DNA of 64,000 nucleotides, taken from contig NC_090404.1 in NCBI RefSeq assembly GCF_036365525.1, positions 4,402,001 to 4,466,000 of the forward strand. The letters run 5' to 3'. Below the pieces are notes generated by a model. It had not been told where the DNA came from. It made no database searches and was given only the letters and a program-made list of their open reading frames with translations. The first letter of the stretch is position 1, and each line of letters opens with the position of its first letter. Shown in pieces: positions 52,900 through 64,000 of the stretch. This DNA comes from Heterodontus francisci (taxonomy: Eukaryota). The translations under genes and the position numbers were made by a program.

Positions 52900-55800
52900 A
52901 TAGAGGAGCAACTAATCCGGAGGGAGGAGATTACTGCATTTAATATTTATAGTAGAAAGCTAGCGCTAGGGACCATATAGTTAATTGTAACTTTATTTAG
53001 TAAGGATTTAATAAGTATTTCTTTTAAATTAATGTATTAATTAGTGCTAGAAATGTCTGTTAGAGGGGTAAAGTGCTTCACCTGTGAGATGTGGAAGGTC
53101 CATGACACTTCCAGCATTGCGGACAACGTCATCTGCAAGAAGTGTACCCAATTGCAGCTCGTCACAGACCGCATGGATCGGTTGGAGCAGCAATTGGATG
53201 CGCTTAGGAGCATGCAGGTGGTGGAAAGCATCATAGACAGGAGTTTTAGAGATGTGGGTACACCCAAGGTGCAGGCAGATGGATGGGTGACCGCTAGAAG
53301 GGCAGGCAGTTAGTGCAGGAATCCCCTGTGGCTGTCCACCTCTCTAACAAGTATATCGTTTTGGATACTGTTGGGAGGGATGGCCTATCTGGGGAAAACA
53401 ACAGCAGCAGCCACAACAGTGGCACCACGGCTGGTTCTGTTGTTCAACAGGGAGAGACAAAGCGCAGAAGAGCATTAGTTCTTGGGTAGTCAATAGTCAG
53501 GGGCACAGATAGGCGCTTCTGAGGACGTGAAAGAGACTCTCAGATCGTATACTGCCTTCCTGGTGCCAGGTTCAATGATGTCTCTGAATGGGCAGGGGGC
53601 ATTCTGAAGGGGAAGGTGAACAGCCAGAGTTTGTGATACACACTGGTACCAACGACATAGACAGGAAGAGTGACAGGGTTCTGCAGGAGGAATAACTTCG
53701 GTAGTAAGTTAAAAAACAGGACCTCTCGGGTTGTAATTTCGGGATTACTCTCTGTGCCACGTGCCAGTGAGGCTAGAAATAAGAAGATAGTGCAACTGAA
53801 CACGTGGCTAAACAGCTGGTGTAGGAGGGAGGGTTTCAGATATCTGGATCATTAGGATCTCTTCCGGGGCAGGTGGGACCTGTACAAGAAGGACGGGTTG
53901 CATCTAAACTGGAGGGGCACAAATGTCCTGGCCGCAACTTATGCTCACGTCACTCGGGAGGGTTTAAACTCGTGTGGCAGGGGGGAGGGAACAAGAGCAG
54001 TTGGTCAGCAGGTGAAGCAACTGAGGGGGAACTAGTAAATAAGGCCAGTAAGACTGAGAGGAAGAGCAGGCAGGGAGATGTTGCTGAGCACTGCGGGACT
54101 GGTGGTCTGAAGTGCATTTGTTTCAATGCGAGAAGTATAACAGGTAAGGCAGATGAAATTAGAGCTTGGATTAGTACTTGATGTTGTTGCTATTACAGAG
54201 ATTTGGTTGAGGGAAGGGCAGGATTGCCAACTAAATGTTCCAGGATTTAGAAGCTTCAGGCGGGATAGAGGGGGATGAAAAAGGGGTGGGGGAGTTACAT
54301 TACTGGTTAAGGAGAATATCACAGCTGTACTGTGGGAGGATACCTCGGAAATCTCATGCAGCGAGGCATTATGTAGAGCTCAGGAATAGGACGGGTGCAG
54401 TCACAATGTTGGGGGTTTACTGCAGGCCTCCCAACAGCCAGCGGGAGAGAGAGAAGCATATATGTAAATAGATTTTGGAAAGATGTAAAAGCAACATGTT
54501 TGTTGTGGTCGGTAATTTAAACTTTCCCTATTTTGACTGGGACTCAATTAGTGCTAGGGGCTTGGATGGGGCAGAATTTGGAAGGAGCATCCAGGGGGGC
54601 TTCTTGAAACAATGTGTAGATTGTCCAACTAGGGAAGGGGCCGTACTGTACCTGGTATTGGGGAATGAGCCCAGCCAGGTTGTCGAAGTTTCTGCAAGGG
54701 AGCATTTCCGGAACGGTAGCCATAATTCCGTAAGTTTTAAGGTTCTTGTGGATAAGGATAAGAGTAGTCCTCCGGTGAAGGTGCTAAATTGGAGGAAGGC
54801 TAATTATAACAATATTAGGCAGGAACTGAAGAATTTAGATTGGGGGCGGCTGTTTGAGGGTCAATCAACATCTGGGAGTCTTTCAAACGTCAGTTGATTA
54901 GAATCCAGGACCGGCATGTTCCTGTGAGGATGAAAGATAAGTTTGGCAAGTTTTGGGTACCTTGGATAACGAGGGATATTGTGAGCCTAGTGAAAAAGTA
55001 AAAGGAAGCATTCGTAAGGGCGAGAAGGCTGGGAACATACGAAGCCCTTGAGGAATATAACGAAAGTAGAAAGCAACTTAAGCAAGGAGTCAGGAGGGTT
55101 AAAAGCGGTCATGAAAAGTCTTTGACAAACAGGATTAAGGAGAATCCCACGGCTTTATATACGTATATAATTGTAGCAGTGGAAGGGTGCTTTTCTGAAT
55201 GGAGGACTGTGACTAATGGTGTTTTGCAGGGATCAGCGCTGGGAGCTTTGCTGTTTGCAGTATATGTAAATGATTTGGAGGGAAATGTAGCAGGTCTGAT
55301 GAGTAAGTTTGCGGATGACACAAAGGTTGGTGGAGTTGAGAATAGTGATGAGGATTGTCAGAGGATACAGCAGGATATAGATCGGTTGGAGACATAGGCA
55401 GAGAAATGGCAGTTGGAGTTTAATCCGGACAAATGTGAGGTAATGCATTTTGGAAGGTCTAATACAAGTGGGAAGTATACAGTAATGGCAGAACCCTTAG
55501 GAGTATTGACAGGCAGAGAGATCTGGGCGTACAGGTCCAAAGATCACTGAAAGTGGCAACGCAGGTGGATAAGGTAGTCAAGAAGGCATATGGCATGCTT
55601 GCCTTCATCGGTTGGGGCATAGAGTATAAAAATTGGCAAGTCATGCTGCAGCTGTACAGAACCTTAGTTAGGCCACACTTGGAATATTGCATACAATTCT
55701 GGTCGCCATACCACCAGAAGCATATGGAGGCTTTGGAGAGGGTACAGAAGAGGTTTACCAGGATGTGGCCTGGTCAGGAGGGTATTAGCTGCCAGGAGAG

Positions 55801-56150
55801 GTTGGATAAACTCGTATTATTTTCACTGGAACGACAAGGTGGAGGGGTGACATGATAGAGGTTTACAAAGTTATGAGTTGCATGGACAGAGTGCTTCGTC
55901 GGAAGGTTTTTCCCAGGGTGGAAGAGTCAGTTACTAGACGACATAGGTTTAAGGTGCGAGGGGCAAAGTTTAAAGGGGATGTGCGAGGCAAACTCTTTAC
56001 ACAGAGGGTGGTGAGTGCCTGGAACCTGCTGCTGGGGGAGGTGGTGGAAGCAGGTACGATAGTGACGTTGAAGAGGCATCTTGACAAATGCACGAATAGG
56101 ATGGGAATAGAGGGATACGGTCCCCGGATGTGCAGAAGGTTTTAGTTTAG
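52900..56150 (+). mobile_element. Near full-length CR1 LINE (ORF1 zinc finger plus esterase; ORF2 APE/RT with an internal deletion at ~55170)
   Basis: CFTCEMW...CKKCTQLQL, NTWLNSWCRREGF, CICFNARS, FADD; many stops. Confidence 0.92.
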
Positions 56151-56394
56151 ACAAGCATTGTTCATTTTTCTTTGAATTGTGCCTCCTTCGTTGTCTAATA
56201 GGCTTCAGGATCAGGAAGTCATTCCCAGGGTTTCTGGGATGTATTCGATAGCCCCTTGAATGTGGGCTCCCTGTTGTGGAAAATGGACCCCAGGCTCTTG
56301 GGATAATTCCCAGCATTTATTCTTAATGGTCTATCGTTCCAGATATTCATTAGTCTTGAGGAATCATTCCCAGGGTTTATTGTCTCTCGTGTCT

Positions 56395-56600
56395 GTGTTA
56401 TATTTCTAACCTGGTCAGTGCCTGCCCTGGGAGCGTTTGCTGGTGCAGTGTAGAGGGAGCTTTACTGTGTATCTAACCCGGGCTGTGCCTGCCCTGAGAG
56501 TGTGTTTTGCGGCAGTGTGAAGGGAGCTATACTCTGCATTATCCCGTAAACTACCTATCCTGGGAGTGTTTGATGGACAGTATTCTTTCATATACTACAC
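56395..56600 (+). repeat. About three degenerate copies of a ~65-bp tandem unit
   Basis: The unit tatctaacc...cctgccctgggagtgttt...cagtgtagagggagcttta recurs. Confidence 0.75.
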
Positions 56601-57335
56601 TGCTCTTTAATGCAACCTGGCACCTGACTGTGACAGACCATGGGAGGTGCTCCTCTTCGCTGTGCGGCCATTCCGACCCTGGGCATTGGCATTTTGAGGC
56701 AGAAGGAAAGGTGGCTATATTCTGATGAGCCACTGGATGGCGCAGCAGCACCATCACCGAAAGACTTTTGGTTCAAACACAAACCAGACAGGACTGGTGG
56801 AAAACAGCTGTCAGGAAAAGGGAAAATGTGTAATCGGTAAAATGGAGCGTGTGGATGGGCCTTGGAGCAGGGAATTGAGCAAAGTCACGTTAGTCCATTT
56901 GTTACTCAAGATTTATTCACAATTTCAAAAAAAACATTTTACAGAAACATTTTTAAAGGGTCCAAAGTGAATTTAGCACCTGTGAGTCACATTGAGGACA
57001 AAACACATGCGATCTGAGCTGTAGACTACTTCTAAAATTGTTACAGATCAGAGAGAAAACAGGGGCTCAACATAAAGAGAAGGAAACAGTTGCAAATAAG
57101 GGATAGTTATTTATTTACAGATGAAATTCAAACTATTGTGAAACTCGAAGGTGCATAGACATTAGCGGTAAGATTATCTGACACAATTCAAAGAAAAAAA
57201 CGGAAACAATGTTTATGATCTTCTCAGCTACAGATTCTGAACCATAAACTGACGGCAATTTACTTTTACAGTTTGTTTGATAATACAGAGATGTTAAAAA
57301 ATAAGGAAAATCCAGGGCGGCCGAAATTCGATCGA

Positions 57336-57344
57336 TCACTTAAC
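57336..57344 (-). CDS. IGHM: IgM membrane exon TM2 (coding part VK*)
   Basis: cttttacag|GTT AAG TGA gives the canonical KVK cytoplasmic tail. AATAAA downstream at 57110-57115 and 56912-56917. Confidence 0.93.
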   Translation of the reverse strand, partial: VK

Positions 57345-57476
57345 CTGTAAAAGAGGGATAAAAGAATGAAGCAGAGATTTCGTGGTCTTGGACATTCATC
57401 TCAGAACTATGAAATTTTAGGGATTTGTTAAACAGCTTCATTTAATTTGAAATGTGAGTGGATTGAATATTCTCAC

Positions 57477-57604
57477 CTTCACCAGAGTGACGGCAGCGCT
57501 GTAGAAAATACTCAGGAAGAACAGGATGATGAATGTGGAAGCGGTTGTCCAGATGTTACCGCTCTCTTCCTCATTGTCTTCAATCCAGATGTGGCCTGAG
57601 TAAT
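57477..57604 (-). CDS. IGHM: IgM membrane exon TM1
   Basis: Manual translation [43 protein letters not shown] contains the conserved antigen-receptor TM motif. Donor |gtgag; in frame with the CH4 internal donor. Confidence 0.95.
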
Positions 57605-58149
57605 CTTCGAGTTTTTAGAGGAGAAATATATTTAGATCGTTCATTAATCCAGGATATAAGATTGTCAATTTGCACTCGCAGAGTTCTTCCTTAAGCCATT
57701 ATTTTGCTCTCTAATTTAATTTTCAGTTTGTATCCATTGTGAAGTTAATCACTCTCAGCAATCTACCTCTGTTACTAACCCCACAGCCATTCTTCCCATA
57801 TGATCCTCGTCCAGGCCCTGTTGGAAAATATGATATTTCTTCCTTCAGGGTCAGGCGCTATTCTCGTCTGGATCAATCTTGTTCTATCATTAGGGATATC
57901 GATGGAATTTTACTGATCAATATCGATAGTTTTGAGATTTTCATTGGTGCTGGGTAAGAGATTTGATGCGAGTTCTAATCTTGTTTATTTGTGATGGAAG
58001 TTGTTGGTCAATCATTAACTGACCTCACTTTCGAAGTGAAAACTTTGCTTCACTGTGTTTGTAGGTCCAACATGTATGAGGGAATATGTTGGAGAAGGTG
58101 CCCATTCAAACAGTGCATTTGAATGCAACTTTCACATATAGCCTGGTGC

Positions 58150-59090
58150 TTTTGTTTGTATGCTTTAATACATGTGTATGTGTGCATAAGTATCTGTTAC
58201 TTTGCATCACTCAGTGCGTGTCCATGGCTTGTGTGTGTGAGATTTAATGTATTTTTTAATGCGTTTCTTTGTGCACCCGCCTGTGAATGTCTCAATGTGC
58301 GTATTTATATCTTGATGCCTGTGTGTTGTGTCCCTGTATGTTAGTATGTGCTTATGTGCCAATGTGTATCAATGTGTGCTTTCAAGTGGCCGCGTGTGTG
58401 TGTATGTGCATGTGCGTGTGTATAAAATATATCATCCTTAATGTTTTGTCTTCATTCATCCATGTGTGTGCATGAGCATGATAATGTTTGTTTTTGTGTG
58501 TGGTTTGGTCCCCATGCGTGCTTCATGTTGTGAGCTTTTGTGTTGACAGATGTCTTTATGTTTTCCTGTGTGTCAATGTGTGTTCATGTTTCCATGTGTG
58601 CGTATGAGTTTGTTAATGTTTGTTTTTGTGTGCTTCTGTCCCCATAAGTGTGATAATGCGTCTGATTTTGTGTTGATGTCTACGTTTATGCATTAATGTG
58701 TGTGATTATGTGTACATGTGTGCTAATGTGTGTGTTATGTGCATGTTTTTGCATCCATGTGTGTGTCATAATGTTAATGTTGGTGTCTATTTGTGTGTGA
58801 GTGATCGTGTTAATGTGTCTGTTTAAATGTTTGTGTGCAGATGTGTTAGTCTGTTCATGTGCGAGTATGTTTCCATCTAGCTGTGTTTATGTCTATGATA
58901 ATGAAAGCTTTTCCGTCTATGTTTCTGTGTTTGTGAGACTGTACTAATGTGTACATTTATGTTTATTTTTGCGTGGGTGACTGTGAAGTGTTTACATCTG
59001 CGTTTGAGTCTGTTTGTGTGTGTAGGTGTAAGTGTGTGGTTGTGCATTTGAGTGTGTTTATGTGTGTGTTTTTGTCTGTGTGCCTGCGCA
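58150..59090. repeat. TG-rich low-complexity tract in the IgM CH4-TM1 intron
   Basis: Degenerate (TG)n. Confidence 0.85.
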
Positions 59091-59249
59091 TCTTTATTCT
59101 TGTTCAAAGTTTTACAGAGAATAAATAACCGGGTCTGACCCTGACGGTGTGCATTATGGAGAATATTCTTCACTGTTCTGTGCATAAATGTATTCTGTGC
59201 GAGATGTCATCTGACATCATCTGAATGACTGTAACAATGCAACTGATGG

Positions 59250-59460
59250 ATAAAAACAGAAGTTCTGGAAATACTCAGCAGGTCAGACAGCAGCTGTGGA
59301 CAGAGAAGCAGAATTAACGTTTCAGGTCGGTGCCCTTTTCACACACCTGAAATGTTAACTCTGCTTCTCTCTCCACAGATGCTGCCTGACCTGCTGAGTA
59401 TTTAAGCATTTTCCGTTTTTATTTCAGATTTCCCCCATCTGCAATATTTTGCTTTTATTT
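59250..59460. mobile_element. Inverted pair of Penelope terminal fragments (hairpin)
   Basis: Imperfect ~75-bp inverted arms around a ~17-nt loop at ~59328-59344. Confidence 0.8.
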
Positions 59461-60362
59461 CCATGAAACTGATGGGCCTCAGAATCATCAGGAACAGGAG
59501 ATGATTAAATCTTCAGCTAGATTTAGATGATTATGTTATTAGAATTTAACAGGGAAACCGTGAACGATATTACGTTACATAAATATATATCTTACAATCT
59601 GATTCCCATGTGGAAAGTTTAAAATCTTCGCACACTGCGCTCGAAGCCGACTTTGTACTGATGGCATTTGAGTCCATTTAATAGAGAGCAGGGGGAATGG
59701 GAGTATAAGGTTTACAAATGTCCTTGCCCCTTTTTCTGTTGTAGGAAATGTGGCGAGGAGCTGCAGTCAGTTCACAATTCTCTTTACCGTCTGTCTGTTG
59801 CAGAAGTACCGTTGCAGTGGATTCACAAGTACCCTTTCCTCTTCTCTGTTTGGGAAGTGGGGTACAGTGTTTTAGTAAATTCCTCTTCCCCCTCTTTCTG
59901 ATGGGGGATTTTGGGAAGACTTCGTATTCGTGTGTGGCCATCACTTCAGTTCCCAGTGCGCATGATGCTGCAACTAAAAACTGACCCTATTCTGAAGGGA
60001 TGGCCAACACGAGAAGCAGGTACACCGAGATCTAAATGCACTGCGTATTTTTGTTGGTAAGGAGAAATGTCCAGATTCCCCATCTCCTCCTCCCCGGCCC
60101 CCCACCCATGTCCCCCTCTAATGCTCCCCACCGCCTCCCCCTCCTCCAACGGGAGGAAAGTTGCTGAAATTCTTCCACAGAATCCAATAATGAATCAGGT
60201 TTACTCTGTGAATTAATATGTGCTGGAAACACTGGTTGTACAAGACTTGGGCCCGAGACCTGCAAATATCATGCTTTGATGAAAAGACCTACACTTAGCA
60301 AATGTGGGAAGCACAATTAATTGAGCTGTTGTGTATTTAAATCGCGATTGGAAGAAAAGGTC

Positions 60363-60381
60363 TTTATTGTGTTTTTTTATT
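60363..60381 (-). terminator. Secretory-mu polyadenylation signals (two AATAAA)
   Basis: AATAAA on minus at 60376-60381 and 60363-60368, 30-45 nt after the tailpiece stop. Confidence 0.8.
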
Positions 60382-60409
60382 TAAGAATTGAAATGCAATC
60401 GATAAATTC

Positions 60410-60804
60410 TCATTGACATGAATTAACGGTGTCCAACAGTGCAAGGGAAATGTTCACAAAACTCGGTTTACCGCTGGATTTATTAACTGTTCTGTTGATG
60501 ATCTTCAAGGGGATCGCTTCATGTCCCACCACACAGGAGTAAGAAGTGCCGCTGGCCCACTCCTCTGCTGCAATGGATAACAGGCTGTAGATGAAGAAGG
60601 AGCTCTTGTCGTTCTCCGCCATCACCTCGGTGTTCTTGTAGTTGCCGGGATTCACTGACTTGTCATTGACGGTCCACTTGACGAAGATCTCTCGGGGGGA
60701 GAAACCTCTCACTAAGCAGGTGAGGGAGAGGAACCTCTCAGCGGAGATTTCTTCTGCTGGGGGCAGGAGAACAGACACAGACGGTTCCCGCAGATCTTTC
60801 CATG
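60410..60804 (-). CDS. IGHM: IgM CH4 exon plus secretory tailpiece; an internal donor after 60472 gives the membrane form
   Basis: [19 protein letters not shown]...[17 protein letters not shown]...[11 protein letters not shown]...NKSS|[20 protein letters not shown]. The tailpiece has an N-glycosylation sequon (NIS) and a penultimate Cys. Internal G|GTAAAC donor. Confidence 0.97.
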
Positions 60805-61273
60805 CTGAAAAATTAAAATAAATGTCAATAAACTAGACAATTTCAGAGACAATGACACCGGTGGTTAAATGTGAGAGAAATTGTGAAGGTTTTCCTTTTC
60901 CTCTCTGGGGCCTGTGCTGTTTTCCAGCCGGTGCAGAGGCGCTACAATCCTGCTCGCCGAGAACATAAAGGATTAGACTGGAAAATTACATAGAACTTGC
61001 AGCACAGGAGCAGCTATTAGGAGGAGCTAGCCTATGCTGGTGTTTATGCTGCACACGGACCTCCTCCCACCTTACTTCAGCTCTTTCTATTCATTTCTCC
61101 ATTATCTACGTATCTAGCATCACCTGAAATGCATCACCTCTGGTCCCAGGGAGGTTCAATAGTGAATTACAATTAAATTATCAGCGTAATCCATTCAACC
61201 ACTTAATTGGGCCTTGCACAAACACCGGCAAGAAGCACAACCTCTGAGTTATTGCTTCAATCACATTGCTCAC

Positions 61274-61579
61274 CTTCCTTGTGGATGGAATCTCTGAGAG
61301 GAGTCGGCAGATCCTGATGGCTCACCACACAGGAGAACACAGCCTCACTCAGCCAGGCTTGTGTCGAGATGTCTACAGTGCTGATCACGCTATCGGGTTC
61401 CTCTCCGGGTTGGACGGCAATCTCTGATTTCAAAGGCTTCTGTTCTTGTGTCCAGGACACGTTGACACCATAAGGAGCATTAGACACGACGCAGGTTAAG
61501 GTGACCGTCGCCTTCAGTAAGACCTGTTCTATTGATGGTGGCAGTAGTTTAATTACTGGATGATTGCACTCGGAAGAAT
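61274..61579 (-). CDS. IGHM: IgM heavy chain constant exon CH3
   Basis: [43 protein letters not shown]...[21 protein letters not shown]. Acceptor ctacag|, donor |gtgag, 306 nt. Confidence 0.97.
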
Positions 61580-62977
61580 CTGTAGAACAGAAATGAGAGT
61601 CAAAGAAATCTCCATCTTCAGGATCAGGACGCGAGTATTTAACTATCACTTTCTTCAGGAGGGGAAAAACACCTTTCACTTCAACACTGTCGTTCATGGG
61701 AAGGGCAACGATTTGTAAAATCTGGGACATCCAAGCGGATCACATCTCTGCTGAATATAATGGCTCTGTCACCCCAGGACATGAGCTACACATGTAATTC
61801 ATACTGGCTCAAAACGAATGAAATTACGAATTTTAGGACCAACTGGAAACAAAGTTAATGTTCTGGTGCCTTGTCAGTATATTTGGGGAGATGAAAATGT
61901 TCAGCAACCAGACAGAGGAGGGGCGAAAGGTCGGTAAAATGCAGTCCCAAGGTTTTTGTGTGGTGTGGAATAATTCGCAATACTGGACGAGATAGTTTTC
62001 TAATATCTGCCACGAGTGAGTATTTCTCATGTGTCGGCCTGGAGTTAGAAGGCGATCTGACCACAGGACTGTAATAAGAACATAAGAATAAGAGTGGGCC
62101 ATTCATCCCCTCGAGCACGTTCCGCCATTCAATTGCACGATGGCTGAATTGTATCTTAATTCTGTTTACCCATATATAACCCTTAATACCCTTACCTGTC
62201 AGAAATCTATCACTCACAACATTAAAATTTTCAATGGATGTCAAGCTTCTAAAGTGAATTGGGGGTGAGAATTCCAGATTACCACTATCTACTGTGTGAA
62301 TACTCCCTTCCTGATATCATTCCTGAATGACCATGGTCTAATCTGAAGGTTATGCCCCCTTGTTCTGAAGTTCCTCACCAGAGGAAATATTTTTCTCCAT
62401 TGACTCCATCAATTCCAGTAAACATCTTAACCACCTCAATTAGATCACCCTTTAATCTTCTCTACTCAAAGCAATACCAGTTTGGCCTGTGAAACCTGTC
62501 CTCATAACTTAACCCGATCAGCCCCGTTATCATTATGGTCAATTCTTGTTGCACCACTCCCAAGGCCAATACATTCTTCCTGTGCTCTGCAGTCCAGAAT
62601 TGAACACAGTTTTCTAAAGAGGGTAGATGCTCTTTCTGGCACCTGATTCCGAGGCCGTTACCAAGAAAGGGTTCCAGATGCCGATTGCTGCTCCGTGTAT
62701 GATTAGCCCATTCAGGATAAAGCTGATATACAGGCCACCTCACTCACTATATAACATCACAGTAGAGCTAAACATTCTTTCATGATGTGATGACATGTTG
62801 AACCGTGAGCAATCCTAATTTCTAATTTCTAAATCCTAAACTCACAGCGAAATGACACATAAAAACTGCACGATGGCGATTTAGAAATTGTTCTTTGTAC
62901 AAACTCCAATAAATTCCTGACTTTCAGTAACATGGAGTACAGAAAGATGTGGAGTTTCCTGGGACTGTGCCTCTTAC

Positions 62978-63295
62978 CTGGAGATCCGGTGATGTTTCGG
63001 CTTTGGGTGACCGCTTGATGGGAGACCTGGCAGGTATAGACCGTGTTGGTGAACCATTCCCGAGCGGGGACTGTCAGCCGACTGGTCGCTGAGAAGTTCC
63101 CGTTCGTTTCACAGGCGGGAGAGGTGACGAAGCCCGATTCCATGGGATGTCCATCCTTCAACCAACTCACGGTTATTGCTTCTGGATGGAAATCGATGAT
63201 TGAACACACGACAGTCGCAAATCTGCTGCTTCTGATTTCTTCACTGGAAGTCTGGGTGAGGATAACAGTTGGATGGACGATGTCACCTTTACAAT
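62978..63295 (-). CDS. IGHM: IgM heavy chain constant exon CH2
   Basis: [20 protein letters not shown]...[21 protein letters not shown]...[20 protein letters not shown]. Acceptor cttgaag|, donor |gtaag, 318 nt. Confidence 0.97.
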
Positions 63296-63507
63296 CTTCA
63301 AGAAAAAACATGTTAGACATTTCGAGAAGAAATTAATAACTAATACAAACTGTTCTTATATTTTAACAGGTTATTTGCATCAAGCAGGCACTAACTGATG
63401 TTTCCAGCGGTCTGAACTGTGCACAACACTCGAAATGTGGAATAGCCAAAGTTCTACACAAGATCCGTCGAGCTTTTCTGTTTTTCCACAGTTTCCACAA
63501 CACTAAC

Positions 63508-63804
63508 CTGGAATTTCCTTGATCCAGAGCGACTCTCCGCGTCGAACCTCGCAGTAGATTTTGCTGCTTCCCACCTCTGACTCGGTGATGGTTAACTGGC
63601 TGCTCAGGGTGTAGGTTCCCTTCTTGTTCAGCACTGACGGGTAAGTCTTCAAACCAGTGGTGATCGGTTCTTCACCTTTCTTCCAGGAAACGCTGGTGAT
63701 TTGGGGGATGTAGTCCATCGCCAAACAGCCGTAGGCCATGGAGCCGTCGGTGTTGGGTTGTTCACAGGAGCACAGGCCGTAAAGGGTTGGGGGAGACGGT
63801 GTCG
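63508..63804 (-). CDS. IGHM: IgM heavy chain constant exon CH1
   Basis: [32 protein letters not shown]...WKK...[17 protein letters not shown], a C1-set Ig domain. Acceptor ttcctag| and donor |gttag, phase 1, 297 nt. Confidence 0.97.
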
Positions 63805-64000
63805 CTAGGAAAGAATGGCAAATTGAACAAGTTAGACTGTGATTCATGCTTATTAAATAACCAGACATCTCGCAATTCGACTCCAGCTGGAAACTGATTC
63901 CAACATTTTCCGATTAAAACCTTCATCCGCATTTGAGCTGCGATCAGTTACATCATTTGGTGATCATCACCTGTCGGTCCCCTGGTCAGGAACACACCTC

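Noticed and set aside
61951-61959. Perfect RSS nonamer GGTTTTTGT in the CH2-CH3 intron
   Set aside because: No heptamer at 12 or 23 nt spacing.
63805-64000. JH segment or intronic enhancer upstream of CH1
   Set aside because: No WGxG motif or RSS in the remaining ~200 bp; only isolated E-boxes, which are not enough.

Overview
Cartilaginous-fish (shark) genomic DNA from an antigen-receptor region. The IgM constant exons closely match the horn shark (Heterodontus) IgM heavy chain as I recall it; no search was run. Right end (57.3-63.8 kb, minus strand): an apparently intact IgM heavy-chain constant region with CH1-CH4, secretory tailpiece, TM1/TM2, open frames, AG/GT splice sites and polyA signals. 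Its V/D/J segments would lie beyond 64 kb. At 38.9-50.6 kb there is an array of at least five, probably six, TCR alpha/delta-type V pseudogenes in both orientations; three keep recognisable 23-bp-spacer RSSs. CTCF-like sites lie within and just left of the array. So an IgM cluster appears to abut a TCR-alpha/delta-type V array. The left part (7-29 kb) is a mosaic of a locally duplicated exon-like module (5 copies, both strands), a degenerate 27-bp satellite and a ~33-bp tandem array carrying DR3 nuclear-receptor motifs. The rest is retroelement debris (CR1, CR1/L2-type, Rex1/Babar, Penelope with hammerhead-like cores, SINEs), a Harbinger Myb relic, a tRNA-Glu pseudogene and two assembly gaps.
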